Under the pieces are notes generated by a model. The model made no database searches, was not told the origin of the DNA, and worked only from the letters and a program-made list of their open reading frames with translations. Made by a program: the position numbers and the translations under genes. Shown here in pieces: positions 40,501-52,500 of a stretch of 64,000 bases of DNA. This stretch comes from Podarcis gaigeae (lineage: Eukaryota): assembly GCA_964106915.2 (NCBI GenBank), contig OZ066921.1. One strand, given 5' to 3'. Each line of letters starts with the position of its first letter. Position 1 is the first letter of the stretch.

Positions 40501-43500
40501 TATCATCTGCCTTCCTGCAGCACCAGCTGTACAGGGGTTAGGAGGTTCCATGGAAAAGGCCATACTGATCTGCTCACGTTGTTCCCTCTTGTAACTCACT
40601 GGGAGCCAGCACACTTTGATTCTGGCTGCCCACTGCAGGAGATGCATATGAACTAGCAGGGGTCTTCTAAAGAAGAAAGGCCAGAGTGGAGCAGAGTGAC
40701 CAGAGAGGAATGGATTTTCCCAAGGAAGCTGTAGACCTGCTGTCACCAATGTGGCTCCCTCCAGATGCTTTGGACTGGAACTTCCGTCAGCCCCAGTCCC
40801 GTGTGATTGTGTTGGCTGGGGCGAATGGGGCTGTAGCCCAAAACATCTGGAGGGTACCAGGAGGGTGAAAGCTGCTTTTAAACGTCTCCACTTATGTGTG
40901 GATTTACCTTTTACTTCGGTTTGAGTGCCTCTCAATTGTAGAAATCCTTTGGGGAGCCATTTGCCAACCTTTTTTGCTCATGGAAGAATCTCTAGATCTT
41001 GGTTGAAAATGTCTGGTTCAAAGCAATGGGAAACTGCACGCCAAAACCAAAATGACAGAACTCTCTGCATTGAGCATGATGTGTCCCTGTTTGGTTTGTG
41101 TTCATGTGGAATTACTGTTCAGATTAACTGCCATCCTTGCTTCCAATTTTGTGTTGTCGTTTTTTAAAACTAACAATCTGGAGGTCACACCAAAAGCCTC
41201 ACTCAGGAAATGAGAAAAAGTGGTGTGTGTGTTTTGGGGGGATATTGTTCTTTCTACTTTTTTGTGCAAAACAAACAGTCGCATGCCGGATGCTAACACC
41301 CCCCAGCTTTTACACTGTGTGTGCCATACGGCTGAGCTGCTCCATAAAGGCTCTGTCTTCTTTCACTGCTCACGGCAAACCCCACAACTCTGGTAAGTAA
41401 AAAGCCTTTTATGACTCCTGTCCTTCCCCTCTTTCCTCTCTCTTTTCTTCTCTTGCTGATTTTAATATCTGGATGTGCATGTTTGGAGTCTTGATTGTGG
41501 TGCAAGAAGGCTTTGTAGGCCTTTCCAGTGGGTCCCTGGAATGGAGCTTTGTCAGGGCCACCTCTTAGCTCTGCCAGGTGTATCATTTGGAGCCAGAAAG
41601 AGCACAGCCTCTTCTTAGGAAGTCTGGATGCCTTATCAGGCTTGTTTGCCTGCAAGCTGCACCCATGGCCTGGATGGGAAGCAGGCCTCCATGGACATAG
41701 TGAAGTCCAGTCCCCAGCCAATATGGCATCTGTACCACTCCCCCAAATATGGGTTTATGTACAGTGCAGGCCGGAGATGGCCAAGGTGTGGCGATTCCCC
41801 AAGTCTACGTAGTGCTACATTCCCCTCCCTTTCCCCAGCTAAACTACCTTCACCAGATTTCCGATTTAGCGCAAAAGTGCAGGTTAAGAGTCCATGAAAT
41901 TCCCATTGTGTGCTCTAGGGCAGTGTTTCCCAACCTTGTGCCTCCAGATGTTTTTGGCCTACAACTCCCATCATCCCTAGCTAGCAAGACCAGTGGTCAG
42001 GGATGATGGGAGTTGTAGGCCAAAAACATCTGGAGGCACAAGGTTGGGAAACACTGCTCTAGGGGATAGAGTTCTGGGCATATTGGGAGGCTCTTAGTTC
42101 AAACTGCAGCATAGCCATAAGCTCAACTGCAGTGTCCTTGGGTAAGTCACTTCAAGTCATTTCTATAAATATCTGTGGTCTCTACTACATATATTCTGTC
42201 ATCCTTAGAACTGACACCCCCCCCCTTTGGTATCTCCTCAAAGGAGTATCGTTATGCTGCTTCCCTCCATCAGCTGTGGGGGTGGGGGTGGGGTTAGGCT
42301 CAGCTTTTGAAAACTTCCTGCGATAAGCCTGTGACCTAGTTTGCACACAGTGCTAAACTTGGCATTTTGTGCCAACTCTGCCAAGTAGCTTAATTTGTTT
42401 TCTTCTAACAATCCATGATTTCAATCCATGGTTTATTGTTCACTTACAAACCTTGGTTTGTTATAACTGTGGCCTGGTGTTACAGGCAAACTCAGCATCC
42501 TTCCTTTGCCATGGTTTGTTTCAGTCAGATGTTCAACAAGGCAAGAGGAGTTGGAAAGCAAACCAAACTTTTGAGGAATAAATTGTGCCTTGTTTGACCA
42601 TCTGTTAACTTGTAGTTGACTGGTGGGTTGTTAAGTAAACTGTGGCTGAATCAAATCATGGCTTAGAATCGTATGCAAACCAGCTTATGTTTGGAAGAAA
42701 CACATTGAGATGTGTTGGCCTCCTTTCACCATTAGTTTACCAGCTAAAGCATCTCATCTGCAAAATACAGTAGTTGCACTGGATGAGCCGAAAGCGCCTC
42801 CTGGCTTGCCCTTCCTGTAACTGCAATTGTGATGGAGAGATGACTAATGGCAGACAAGCTGGGTCCTTCAGGCAGTTTATCTTCCATGATCTGCCTCCAC
42901 ACAGAAGACTAAGGAATCTCAGGGATGTTGTTGGGAAATCACTGCTAGATGTAGGTGTGAGCAGTGTCTGAGGTCCTTGTTGCACCTTGATACCTGTTCA
43001 AGTTGGTTCCAGTGTTTTCACACATACACAGTGGCGTAGCGTGGGTTGTCAGCACCCGGGGCAAGGCAAGTAATTTGCGCCCCCTAACCCATGGATTTGC
43101 GCCCCCTAACCCTAACCCCCAGATCTTGCGCCTGGTGCGGCTGGCCCCCCCTGCACCCCCCACGCTACGCCAATGCACACACACACACCCCTTGCCCATA
43201 GTAATTGCTTATTTTAGGCTGGATTTTGACATGTCACGAGACAGGGCTGTGAAGCCTTCTGAAACACCATGGTGAGGGTGAACGTTGTGCTGAAATGTGA
43301 GAGGCTGCCATTTAAGTGGTCAGAGGAAAGAGCTCAATGGCATGGCTGCCTCTTCTTCCATGGTCTGCCACTTTTCATGCCTGTGCGGGTACTAAGCTTA
43401 TGGGAAGCTTGAGGAGGGGGCTAAGCTTGTGCCACTTCTCCTCCTCCCTTTCCCTTTGCTTCCTGTTGGTGACCCTGTCTTGTGGCTCTTCTGTGCAACC

Positions 43501-46500
43501 TGTCTCTCTTTCTGCATATATAAATGCCAAAGGGTGGTGAGTGCATGGCACTCTCTCTCTTTCCCCATCTGTCTTTGTATCTTTATGTGGAACATCCTGG
43601 CCACTCGGTCCATCTCGCTGCTTTGGCTGTTTTGCTCCTCTTCATGGGTGTCCGAAATGTCTCAGAGTAGCCTCTTATGGCTGGCTAGATTGAGCTCCAA
43701 ACAACTTCCGAAACCAAAATCTTACAAGAAAAATCCTTATCCATTGGGGAATCTGCTCTCTAGTACCTTAAAAGACTGAGACATCATTGGACTTGGGGGT
43801 GCTTTATAGTTAACAAACACCTTCATAGTGGCTTCTCTGTTCTTGAACTTTTCCCCCTCTTTCTCCCCTCCCCCCTCCCTCTCTTTAGGGAATTGAGACT
43901 GTGGCAGGAGTGCTGGACCTTGGCATGATGGAAGTCTTTTCTGTTTGGGGGGCCATGCAAAAAGGTCTCCTAGACCAAGAAACAGGCCTTATACTGCTGG
44001 AAGCCCAGGTGATCACAACTGGCCTTGTGGTTCCCAATACCAGTGAAAAGCTCCTTTTGGCAAAAGGCCTGGCACGAGGCATCATAAACGACAGGATCTA
44101 CAAGCTACTGGAGGAACTGCAGAGTGCCGTCCAGCTGGTAGACAACACAGATGCCAAAGGGAAGCAGTTTCTTCCACTTGTGGCTGCAATGGAAGATGGA
44201 ACCATCAGTGAAAGCGTTGGGCTGAAAATCGCAGAAGTGCAGATTCTCACTGGTGGGTTTATAGACTCGTCCAGCCAAGGCAGGATCAGCTTAGAAGAGG
44301 CTCTTCAAAGAGGAAGCATTACCACCCGCCTTCATGGGAAGTTGGTTTCCCGTCTGAGGTCTTGCAAGGACTTGATTGACCCCAATTCAGCCAAGAAAAT
44401 TAGCTTGAGCAACCTGATGGAGCAGTGCATCCTTCACCAGGAGACAGGATTGAGGCTGCTCCCAGTGAAACAGCTGGCAGGTGGGATGGTGAGCTTAACT
44501 TCAGGCCGAAAAGTGAGCATCTTCCGTGCAGTTCAGGAAGGGCTAATAGAGAAGCAGGTGACTGTGAGGTTGCTGGAAGCACAGCTCTTTGCTGGTGGCA
44601 TTGTGGACCCCAAAAGCGGCCACCGGCTGACTGTGGATGAAGCCATAAGACATAATCTGATTGACCAAGATCTGGCTTGTGCCCTTCTGGTCCGACAGCT
44701 GCAGACAGGTGGCATTATAGATACAGTTACAGGAGACAGGCTTTCGCTGGATGAAGCAGTGAGGAAAGACTTAGTAGCATCAAGAATTGCTGTAGTGATT
44801 CTAGAATCCCTTTGGTCATTTATGGGTCTTCTGCAGCCCAAGTCAGGTGAGATTCTCCCTGTTACAGATGCCCTGGAGCAGGGCATCTTGTCTTCTGAGC
44901 TAGCCCATAAGATTCTAAGCAAACGGCAACACATTGAGGCACTTTTCATACCCCAAACCAGAGAGATCCTGACCTGGGAGAAGGCTGCTGAACGTGGGAT
45001 TCTGGACAAAGATGCCATCGAGAAACTGAAATCAATCCACCTTCCTGATGTCATGCCAAACATGCCCCTTGCAGATTCTCCAAGCAGGCAGGAAAGGAGT
45101 ATCCCCCCCTCAGATAGCAAATGTCCACTAAGAAGCTGTGAAGAAAGGACATTGTTTCATTTGATGACTCACAGCTATGTCAACATCAGCAATGGCCAAA
45201 AATTGCTGCTTGTAGATGGGGAGTTAAATAACCTTGCTGAAATGCTTGTTGCAGCTCAAGATAGTGGATCAAATGCCCATCCCTTAAAAACTAGTGAAAG
45301 CCAACCCCAACAATGGGATGATTTTGAGGATGGGAAGACAATAACTGTGGTTACTAAAGCTCATAATGAATTCACTTTGAAGAAATTTGAATTTAATTTA
45401 TCTGTGTCCAAAGAAGAGCTTGAAGGATATATGCCCTCAGAAATTTGTCCATCTAACAAAACACTTGAAATAGAAATTGGAAAACTTCCAGTGAAAGAAA
45501 TAGAGTGTGTGAATGTAAAGATGCCAGAGATGGAAGTGGATCCTGTGGGAGACCTTAAAAGTGAAATGGATGAGTCCAGAAGAGAGCAAAACCTGACGAC
45601 AAACCAGAGCAGGGATGAAATTGAACTGCCAGAGTCCAAATCCATCAAGGACTCCAGCTTTGAAATGGAATCCACAAATGTGGAGGTCTCGTGGGAAAAT
45701 GTTACATTTTCAAAAATGCAGGCAGAAGAGATGGTTTTCAAAGAGTGGGAGACTGGTGTTGAAATATATCCTGTTGAAAAAGAAACCGTTATATCCACTG
45801 TTGATTTGGAGAAACTAGAGGAATCTCAAAATTTGAAGGAAAATGCTATTGAAAATGTCACTCTTGCAGCGGAAGATGCAGCAGGTGCTGGCTCTGTGAA
45901 CTGGCTAAGTATTAGAAAAGTGAGAAATGAATCAGTTGAAAGTCAAGCTGAAGGGAAATCTACAGATGACCATATTATGGAAGAACAGTTGAGTACGGAA
46001 GGAAAAATGTATCATTTCCATCAAACTGATAGTTCTGCATCACCAAAACTGTCGACAGACTTGGGAGAAGACAACACCCTTAAAATATTGCTGATGCAGC
46101 TTCAGGATGGTGGCATAATTCATGAACAGACAGGGAAGAAGATGCTCCTAGATGAGTCCATTGCTTGTGGAGTTGTACCCAGCCATACAGCCATCAAACT
46201 GATGGACAAGATGAAAATATTCAGTGGCTTCTTTGATGCTGAGACCTGTGAATCACTAACCACCGAAGAAGTAATTGGTGAAGGACTGATGGATGAGAAA
46301 CTTATGCAGAAGGTGCTAGCATCTGATCAAGCCATAAGTGGTGTTATAGATCCACTTCGAAAAACCATTCTCTCCATCAAGGATGCATCTGAGGTTGGTC
46401 TGTTGGACAAAGAAACCGCTGCACGAATCCTGGAAGGGCAAGTTGTTACCGGTGGGATTGTTGACTTCAAGCGTGGCAAGAAAATGTCAGTCACATTGGC

Positions 46501-49500
46501 TTCTAACCATGGCCTCATACAGCAATCTACCCAAGAAGATCTTAAGAAACTAGAGAAAGCATCTAAGGGGAAAGGTGCTGAAGATGCAACCAAAGAGAAG
46601 CTAATCACTTTGCAGGCTGAAATAGGAGGCATCTTAGATCCTAAAACTAAAGAACCTTTGACAATCACCCAGGTTGTGGAAAAGGGCTTTATCACCAAGG
46701 AGAAAGCATTCCAACTCCTGACCAAGCAGATAGCTGATGGAGGGATTATTCACCACAAGACAGGCTTGAGACTTTCTGTGGAGGATGCTGTGGAACATGG
46801 ATTGATTGACCAAGGCTTCTATGAAGATCTCAGAAAGGCAGAAAGTATATGCTTGCACCAGTACATTCATCCAGAAACAAAGGAACCTATGCCCTTGCCT
46901 CAAGCTGTATCCCTGGGATTAGTCAGCTCAGATTTTCAAAGCAATGTTCAAGAAATACAAGCCTCAACTGGAAGCATATTCGACCCTGTTTCAGGCCAGA
47001 AGATTATATTGGCTAAAGCTGTGAAGGAAGGACTCTTGCCCAAAGCAGTTATGGAAAAGGCCATTGCATCCTCTGAAATGAAGCATGCAATAATTGATCC
47101 AGAGAGCTGTAGGTTGGTCTCCTATCCAGAACTGGTCAGGAAAAGCAAAATTGACATTGAGTCAGGGCAGAGATACTTGGAAGTTGTTCCATTTCGAGAC
47201 CTCAAAGATGAAGTGACTGGGAATGTACTCTCATATCCACAAGCAGTTAAGCTTGGCAAGGTAGACCCCATGCTTGCATTGAGGTTGTTGCAGGCTCAAG
47301 CAGACACAGGTGGCATCATGGAGACTTCAACTTGCCAAAGGTTGACACTGGCATCTGCTTTGGAGCGAGAAGTGCTGGATAAAGATACAGCTAAAGCCAT
47401 TGCTGTTAATCAGCTCTTGGCTGGAGGAATTATTGGTACTAAGAGTGGAGAACGAGTGACGTTAAAAGAGGCCGTTGAGAGGGGCTTAGTCAGTGAGGAG
47501 TTAGCCAGCACAGTTAAAGAAAGTGTTCCAATAAGCAACAATAGATCTGAATGTGAGAACCTGGAAGAACGTGAAGATCAGCAGCCTCAGCTGTTGCTGC
47601 AAAATGGGACCTCCATGTCTGAAGTGTTAGGCTTTTGTGAATATGCTGCTGAGAATCATGATGAGAAAGAGACTCCAGTGCCTTCAGCTATGGAGAGCAG
47701 CCTAACTGGTGATGCCACTAACAACTCTTCAAAAGGGATTCAAGAGATGGCAAAAGAAGTGGTTGAATCAGTGCCAGCCTCCTTTCCTTTTCCTTCTGCA
47801 CTGGATAGTTTGGCTAGTCAGCTTTTAGCAGAAGGCAGGCTGGCACCTGAGCTTGCCTATATGTTAGACCCAGCTGATGCCCTGAAAGTTAAAGCCCAGA
47901 AAAAAAATATTAGGAGGAAAAGCAAGTTGAGAGGGAAAGGACTCCAGAAAGGCGAATTGGAAAAGCAAGGAGGAAATGATCAGGTGATTGAAAAGAAATT
48001 GGAAGGAATTATGTCTCAGGAGGAGAAGTTTGGGATGAATGTGATGATGAACCAGACAATTAATGGGGACCAGGAACAAGATAAGAGATTTACTCAGGAA
48101 GAGAGTGATGCTGCAGCCATTGTCCTCCAGAAGAAAGCTCAGGGTATCGTACAGTTGGAACCTCTGGAGGTGTCAGCACCCAAGAAACTCAGTTCTGTAG
48201 GTCAGACAGAGGAAGAAAATGATTTCATAAATTCTGAAGGACTTCCTACAGTTGTAGAGCCCAAGAAACAGGCCTCTGATGAGCTGCTGTGTGTGGACAT
48301 CAAGACTGAACTACCAAGCCCTGGATCTCAATTAAAACCCTCAGATCTTCTCACTTCAGAAAGTTTTGACTTAAAAAGCACCAAGAAGAAGAAAACAAAA
48401 AAGAATAAAAAGCAGTCTGCTGCCCCAGCAGAACCACTTAGGGTGTGTGGCTCTTCTCAAGAAAGGCCATCCCCTCCTACCCCAGATTCCAAGGAAACTT
48501 TGATGAGAAGGATCAAGGAGGAGTTGGCCTCTGGGGTTCTAGAATCATTCCAGGATAATATATCTGACAGGGTGACCAGCAGCCAGACCACAATAGAACA
48601 AGTGGAGGTTGAAAGACTAGATCCACAGGCATTTGGAAAAGAGAACAAGCAAGACAGAATTAAAGCGAACATCACAGATGATCAGAAAGTGAATGTTACC
48701 CCAAAGACAGATTCACCCAGAGAGTTAACAGAGCAAGAGACTAGAATTTACCAAGATTCCTTGGTAGAGGTAGATAATCTGGAAGAAAGTGTATCTCAAG
48801 AAAAGGCCAAAGAACCAATTATCTCAAAGGTCCAAAAAGCTAATGTTACTACTAAGGTAGATGGCACAGAATCCTCAGGGCCTTCTGCACTCAAGACAGA
48901 ACCCGTGCAAAACACAGAGATCCTAGAGGACAAGATAAGTCATTATCATTCTGTGCCTTTGCTCAGACAAGAGGATGCTGTCCAGGAGCTAACTAGAAAC
49001 TGTGGAAGTGTCATTGCCAAAGGAGTGCCTGTGGATGCAGAAGCAGAAGAGATATGGCACATTGGTGCTATGGGAGACAAGAAAATGGAGCCAGAGGCAC
49101 AGATGCTGCAAGACCAAGAGTTTCCAGAAAGCAAGAGGGATATTTCTAGGCGAAAAGCACCTGTGCAAGACACTGAAACCTCAAAAATGACCAGAGAAAG
49201 CAAGGATGCTGATGAACCCACCTGTGTGGTTGAAGGCAGTGGGGAAGAGAGATGCCAAGATGCCCCCAAACTTGCCAAGGTAGGTGGACTTATTAATCTC
49301 AGAGACATTTATTCATATTGTGAAGGTAGCTGGACAGCTGAAATGAAAGTATATCTCTTGAGCAGTGGTGTAGGGTGGGTTGGGGGACACAGGGGAGTGC
49401 ACCTCTGGGACTCTCTCAGAGCAGCAACCGCATCTACCAGAACACCAGGATAATTTATGGAGCCTCCTCACTCTGGTGAGTAAATGAGGCACTAATGAGG

Positions 49501-52500
49501 CTTTCAGGTTTGTGACAGAAAACATAGAGGAAGTCAAGAACATGAGAAAAAATAAGCAAGAGGCTAAATGCTTCTTTCTTTTGACTTCATGCAAGCAGTT
49601 GAAATTGTGGCATTTTCCCTTTTGCCGAGGTGATTTGCATTCCTGGTTAAATGCTAACAGTTGCATTTCAGCTTCTGGATTTTGATTTTGATTTTATTTT
49701 TTGCTGAAGCTTAATATATATTGATGACTTGGGCATGGATGGCTCTTTGGGGCTGCCATGATGCACTCCAAATTCTACCACTACACCACTGCTCTGGAGG
49801 CCAGGTAGTCAGCAATGAAGGAGCAAGCTAAACCAGGCCCCCTTCCCTTTGGTGCAGCCCTGCCTATGTCTTCCTTTACAGTTGGCCAGCTTCAGGGACG
49901 AGGGGCAGGTGAAGAGGTGCCTCTTTCCCCATCATAATTTGGAGCTTGACTTGCCCCCTAAGAGTGCAAGGAAGAGGAAGTTACATGTCCAATATATGTG
50001 ATATAGTGGGTGGGGGAATAGGGCACCCTCCAGATGTTTTAGACTCCAACTTCCATCAACCCAAACCAGTATGGCCAATGCTCAGATATTATGGCAGTTG
50101 GCTGCCCCTGAAATACAGCCTGAAAGTCAGGGGTGGGGAACCTCAAGTCTGCAGGCCAATTTAGGCCCACCAGGCAGCCCAGGCAGGCCTCTGCAGCTGT
50201 TTATGGCCACACTACAACCTCTAGGCATTCAGCTGACACCTGGTGTCAGGTGCCCTGTTGGTGTCATGAGGTGCTTGCTTGTATCAGGGGGTCTTGAGTG
50301 GATATGGTCCTTCCAGAAAGCATTTGGTGCCAAATGTAAGGATTTCTTAACCAGTTGTTGGAAGGTTGATAGCCAGGTAGACTGGTGAGTCACTCCTGGG
50401 AGAGAGTCTCAAGAAGACGGGCCACTATCAGGGAAACCTTACAATCTTTTTAGAAATTAATATTTTATTTTAAAAATGAAACCTGGCTCCACAAGAAATG
50501 CAGTTTTTAGATGAAATAAGCTAGAACCATTCAAATAGAAAAGTCCAAGATTGTTGTGCTTTGTCTGTATCTCTCCTATTCTGTCTAAAACCTGTGTTTT
50601 AATGCCTCTGACTCCATAGGCTCCACACAGCAAACAGCTTTGCCTCAGCTATGATGAGAAATTGGTTGTGCTCCTGTCCAGAGTGCGTGACATTGAGATG
50701 CGCATCCAGCGGGTTCAAGTTGCAGATCTGAGTTCAGCAGCACTGCGGGAACTGCTTCGCCAGGCTGAGGTAAGAGGAGTGGCTTTGGTTTTCACACCTA
50801 AAGGTCACTTTCCCCAGTGAGCTGGCCATTATGGCAATTCACAGGAGAGCACCTTTGTTCCCTGTAAGCTCTGCCTGTAAGCTTCTCAGGGACTTCTGAA
50901 GAGTCTTGTGGCACCTCAAAAGGCTAACACCTTTGTTAAGGTGTAAGCTTTTGTGGACTACAGTCCACTCGATCAGATGAGTTACTGTTGCTGTTCATTC
51001 TTTTCACATCCTCTGTAGTTTTGCAAAGTACTTTTTAGCCTTTGGTCTGATCTACCCCTGTGATGTAGATCACACTAGACGAATGAGGCTGAGAGAGTAT
51101 TGTGTGTGTGCACGCATGCCGAAAGCTGTAGAAGGGAGTTCAGGGCCATTGTGAGAATTGAACCCTCATCTACACCCTTAAACCAGATTACAATTTTTGG
51201 TTTGTTTTTTACTCGTACTGGATTGAACTATTTGGACCAAATCTTGCTTCATGCTTGGACGATGACACATGTACAAGAGCTTCTTGGGTTCTGCTGCTTG
51301 GACAGGATTACCATGACCTGAAAAGAGTTAAGAATCCTTAACAGCAGACAGGGGGAGTGTGAGGCTTAAGTTCGTTCCAGCCTTGGCAGGACCATTTGTC
51401 TTGCTTAGATGTCTGCTTATAGGTACCCTTTTGCCCCTTAGGCCTTGGACGCAGAGCTGAGGAACTTGTCGGCTCCAATGAATCAGGAGCTGGAGGCAGT
51501 GAAAGGGATTATATCCAACCCTCCCTGGGGAGTCCCTGAGCAATTACTGAAGGCTTTGGAGAAAGATGCCAAGAACCTTCAGAAGTCTTTTGGCTCCGTC
51601 AGCGAGGCTCTGGACTCTTGGCTACTGAACCTTCGTGCTGCGACAGAAGCAGAAAAGGTACTGCACTCCTTATGGCCTTCCTTTGGCAAGGAGGCTCCAT
51701 GTTTGTTCAAAGAAGGTGATTGCCGATTCTATGGAAAAGGAATGTTCTGGGAAGCACAGGACCCACCCTTCCAGGGTCCTTCCAGGCGGGTGTTTATTGT
51801 GGGGTGACTGCTCCTCGCGCATGCAGGAGTTGTTGCTTTTGCAGCATCCACACAACATCATTGGCATCAAAATGCCAGCCTGTCTTTCCCCCCATTTAAT
51901 CTGGATCTGCACTTTCTGGGGAAAATACAGTGTTAAAAAAGAATCCTGTTGCAATATCCGAACAACCTTTTTTACAATATTAAATTCCTGTCTGGAAGCA
52001 ACCCATATTTTTCCTAGAAGGGGTAGAAAATGGGCCATTGTATGCAAGCAAAATGGAGCTGCAAAGGTCTCATGTATGAATGCCCCCCCCACTGCATAAG
52101 TGGAAGTTTGTTTTATTCATTCATTTCACAAAATTTATATACTACTTGATAGTAAAAATAGACCTCAAAGTGATCTACAAAAATGATAAACAATAAAATT
52201 ATCAGTAAGAAAAATCAACCATTATTCACAGTAGACTAAAAGCAGATTAATACTCACATCAACTTTCTAACCCCTGTTTGTCCTTAACGTGCCATTAACA
52301 GCATAAGAATATAAGAACAGGCCTGCTAGATCACGCCTACACCCATCTATTCCAGTATCCTGTTCTTGTTCTCTTTGTGGCCAGCAGATGATTTGGGGAA
52401 AATGCCAAATAATTAAGTGATGTCCTGGGCCTCAACCGTACATTGTCCCACCTCTGAACACTGCCTGTGTGGAGTGTGTGCATCTGAGTTTCAGTGACCA

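Noticed and set aside
49280-49453. Last 57 codons of the 1,850-aa ORF as coding sequence or a standalone gene
   Set aside because: There is a good donor AAG|gtaggt at 49279 and in-phase downstream exons. The tail changes composition and I saw no AATAAA nearby, so it is intron read-through.
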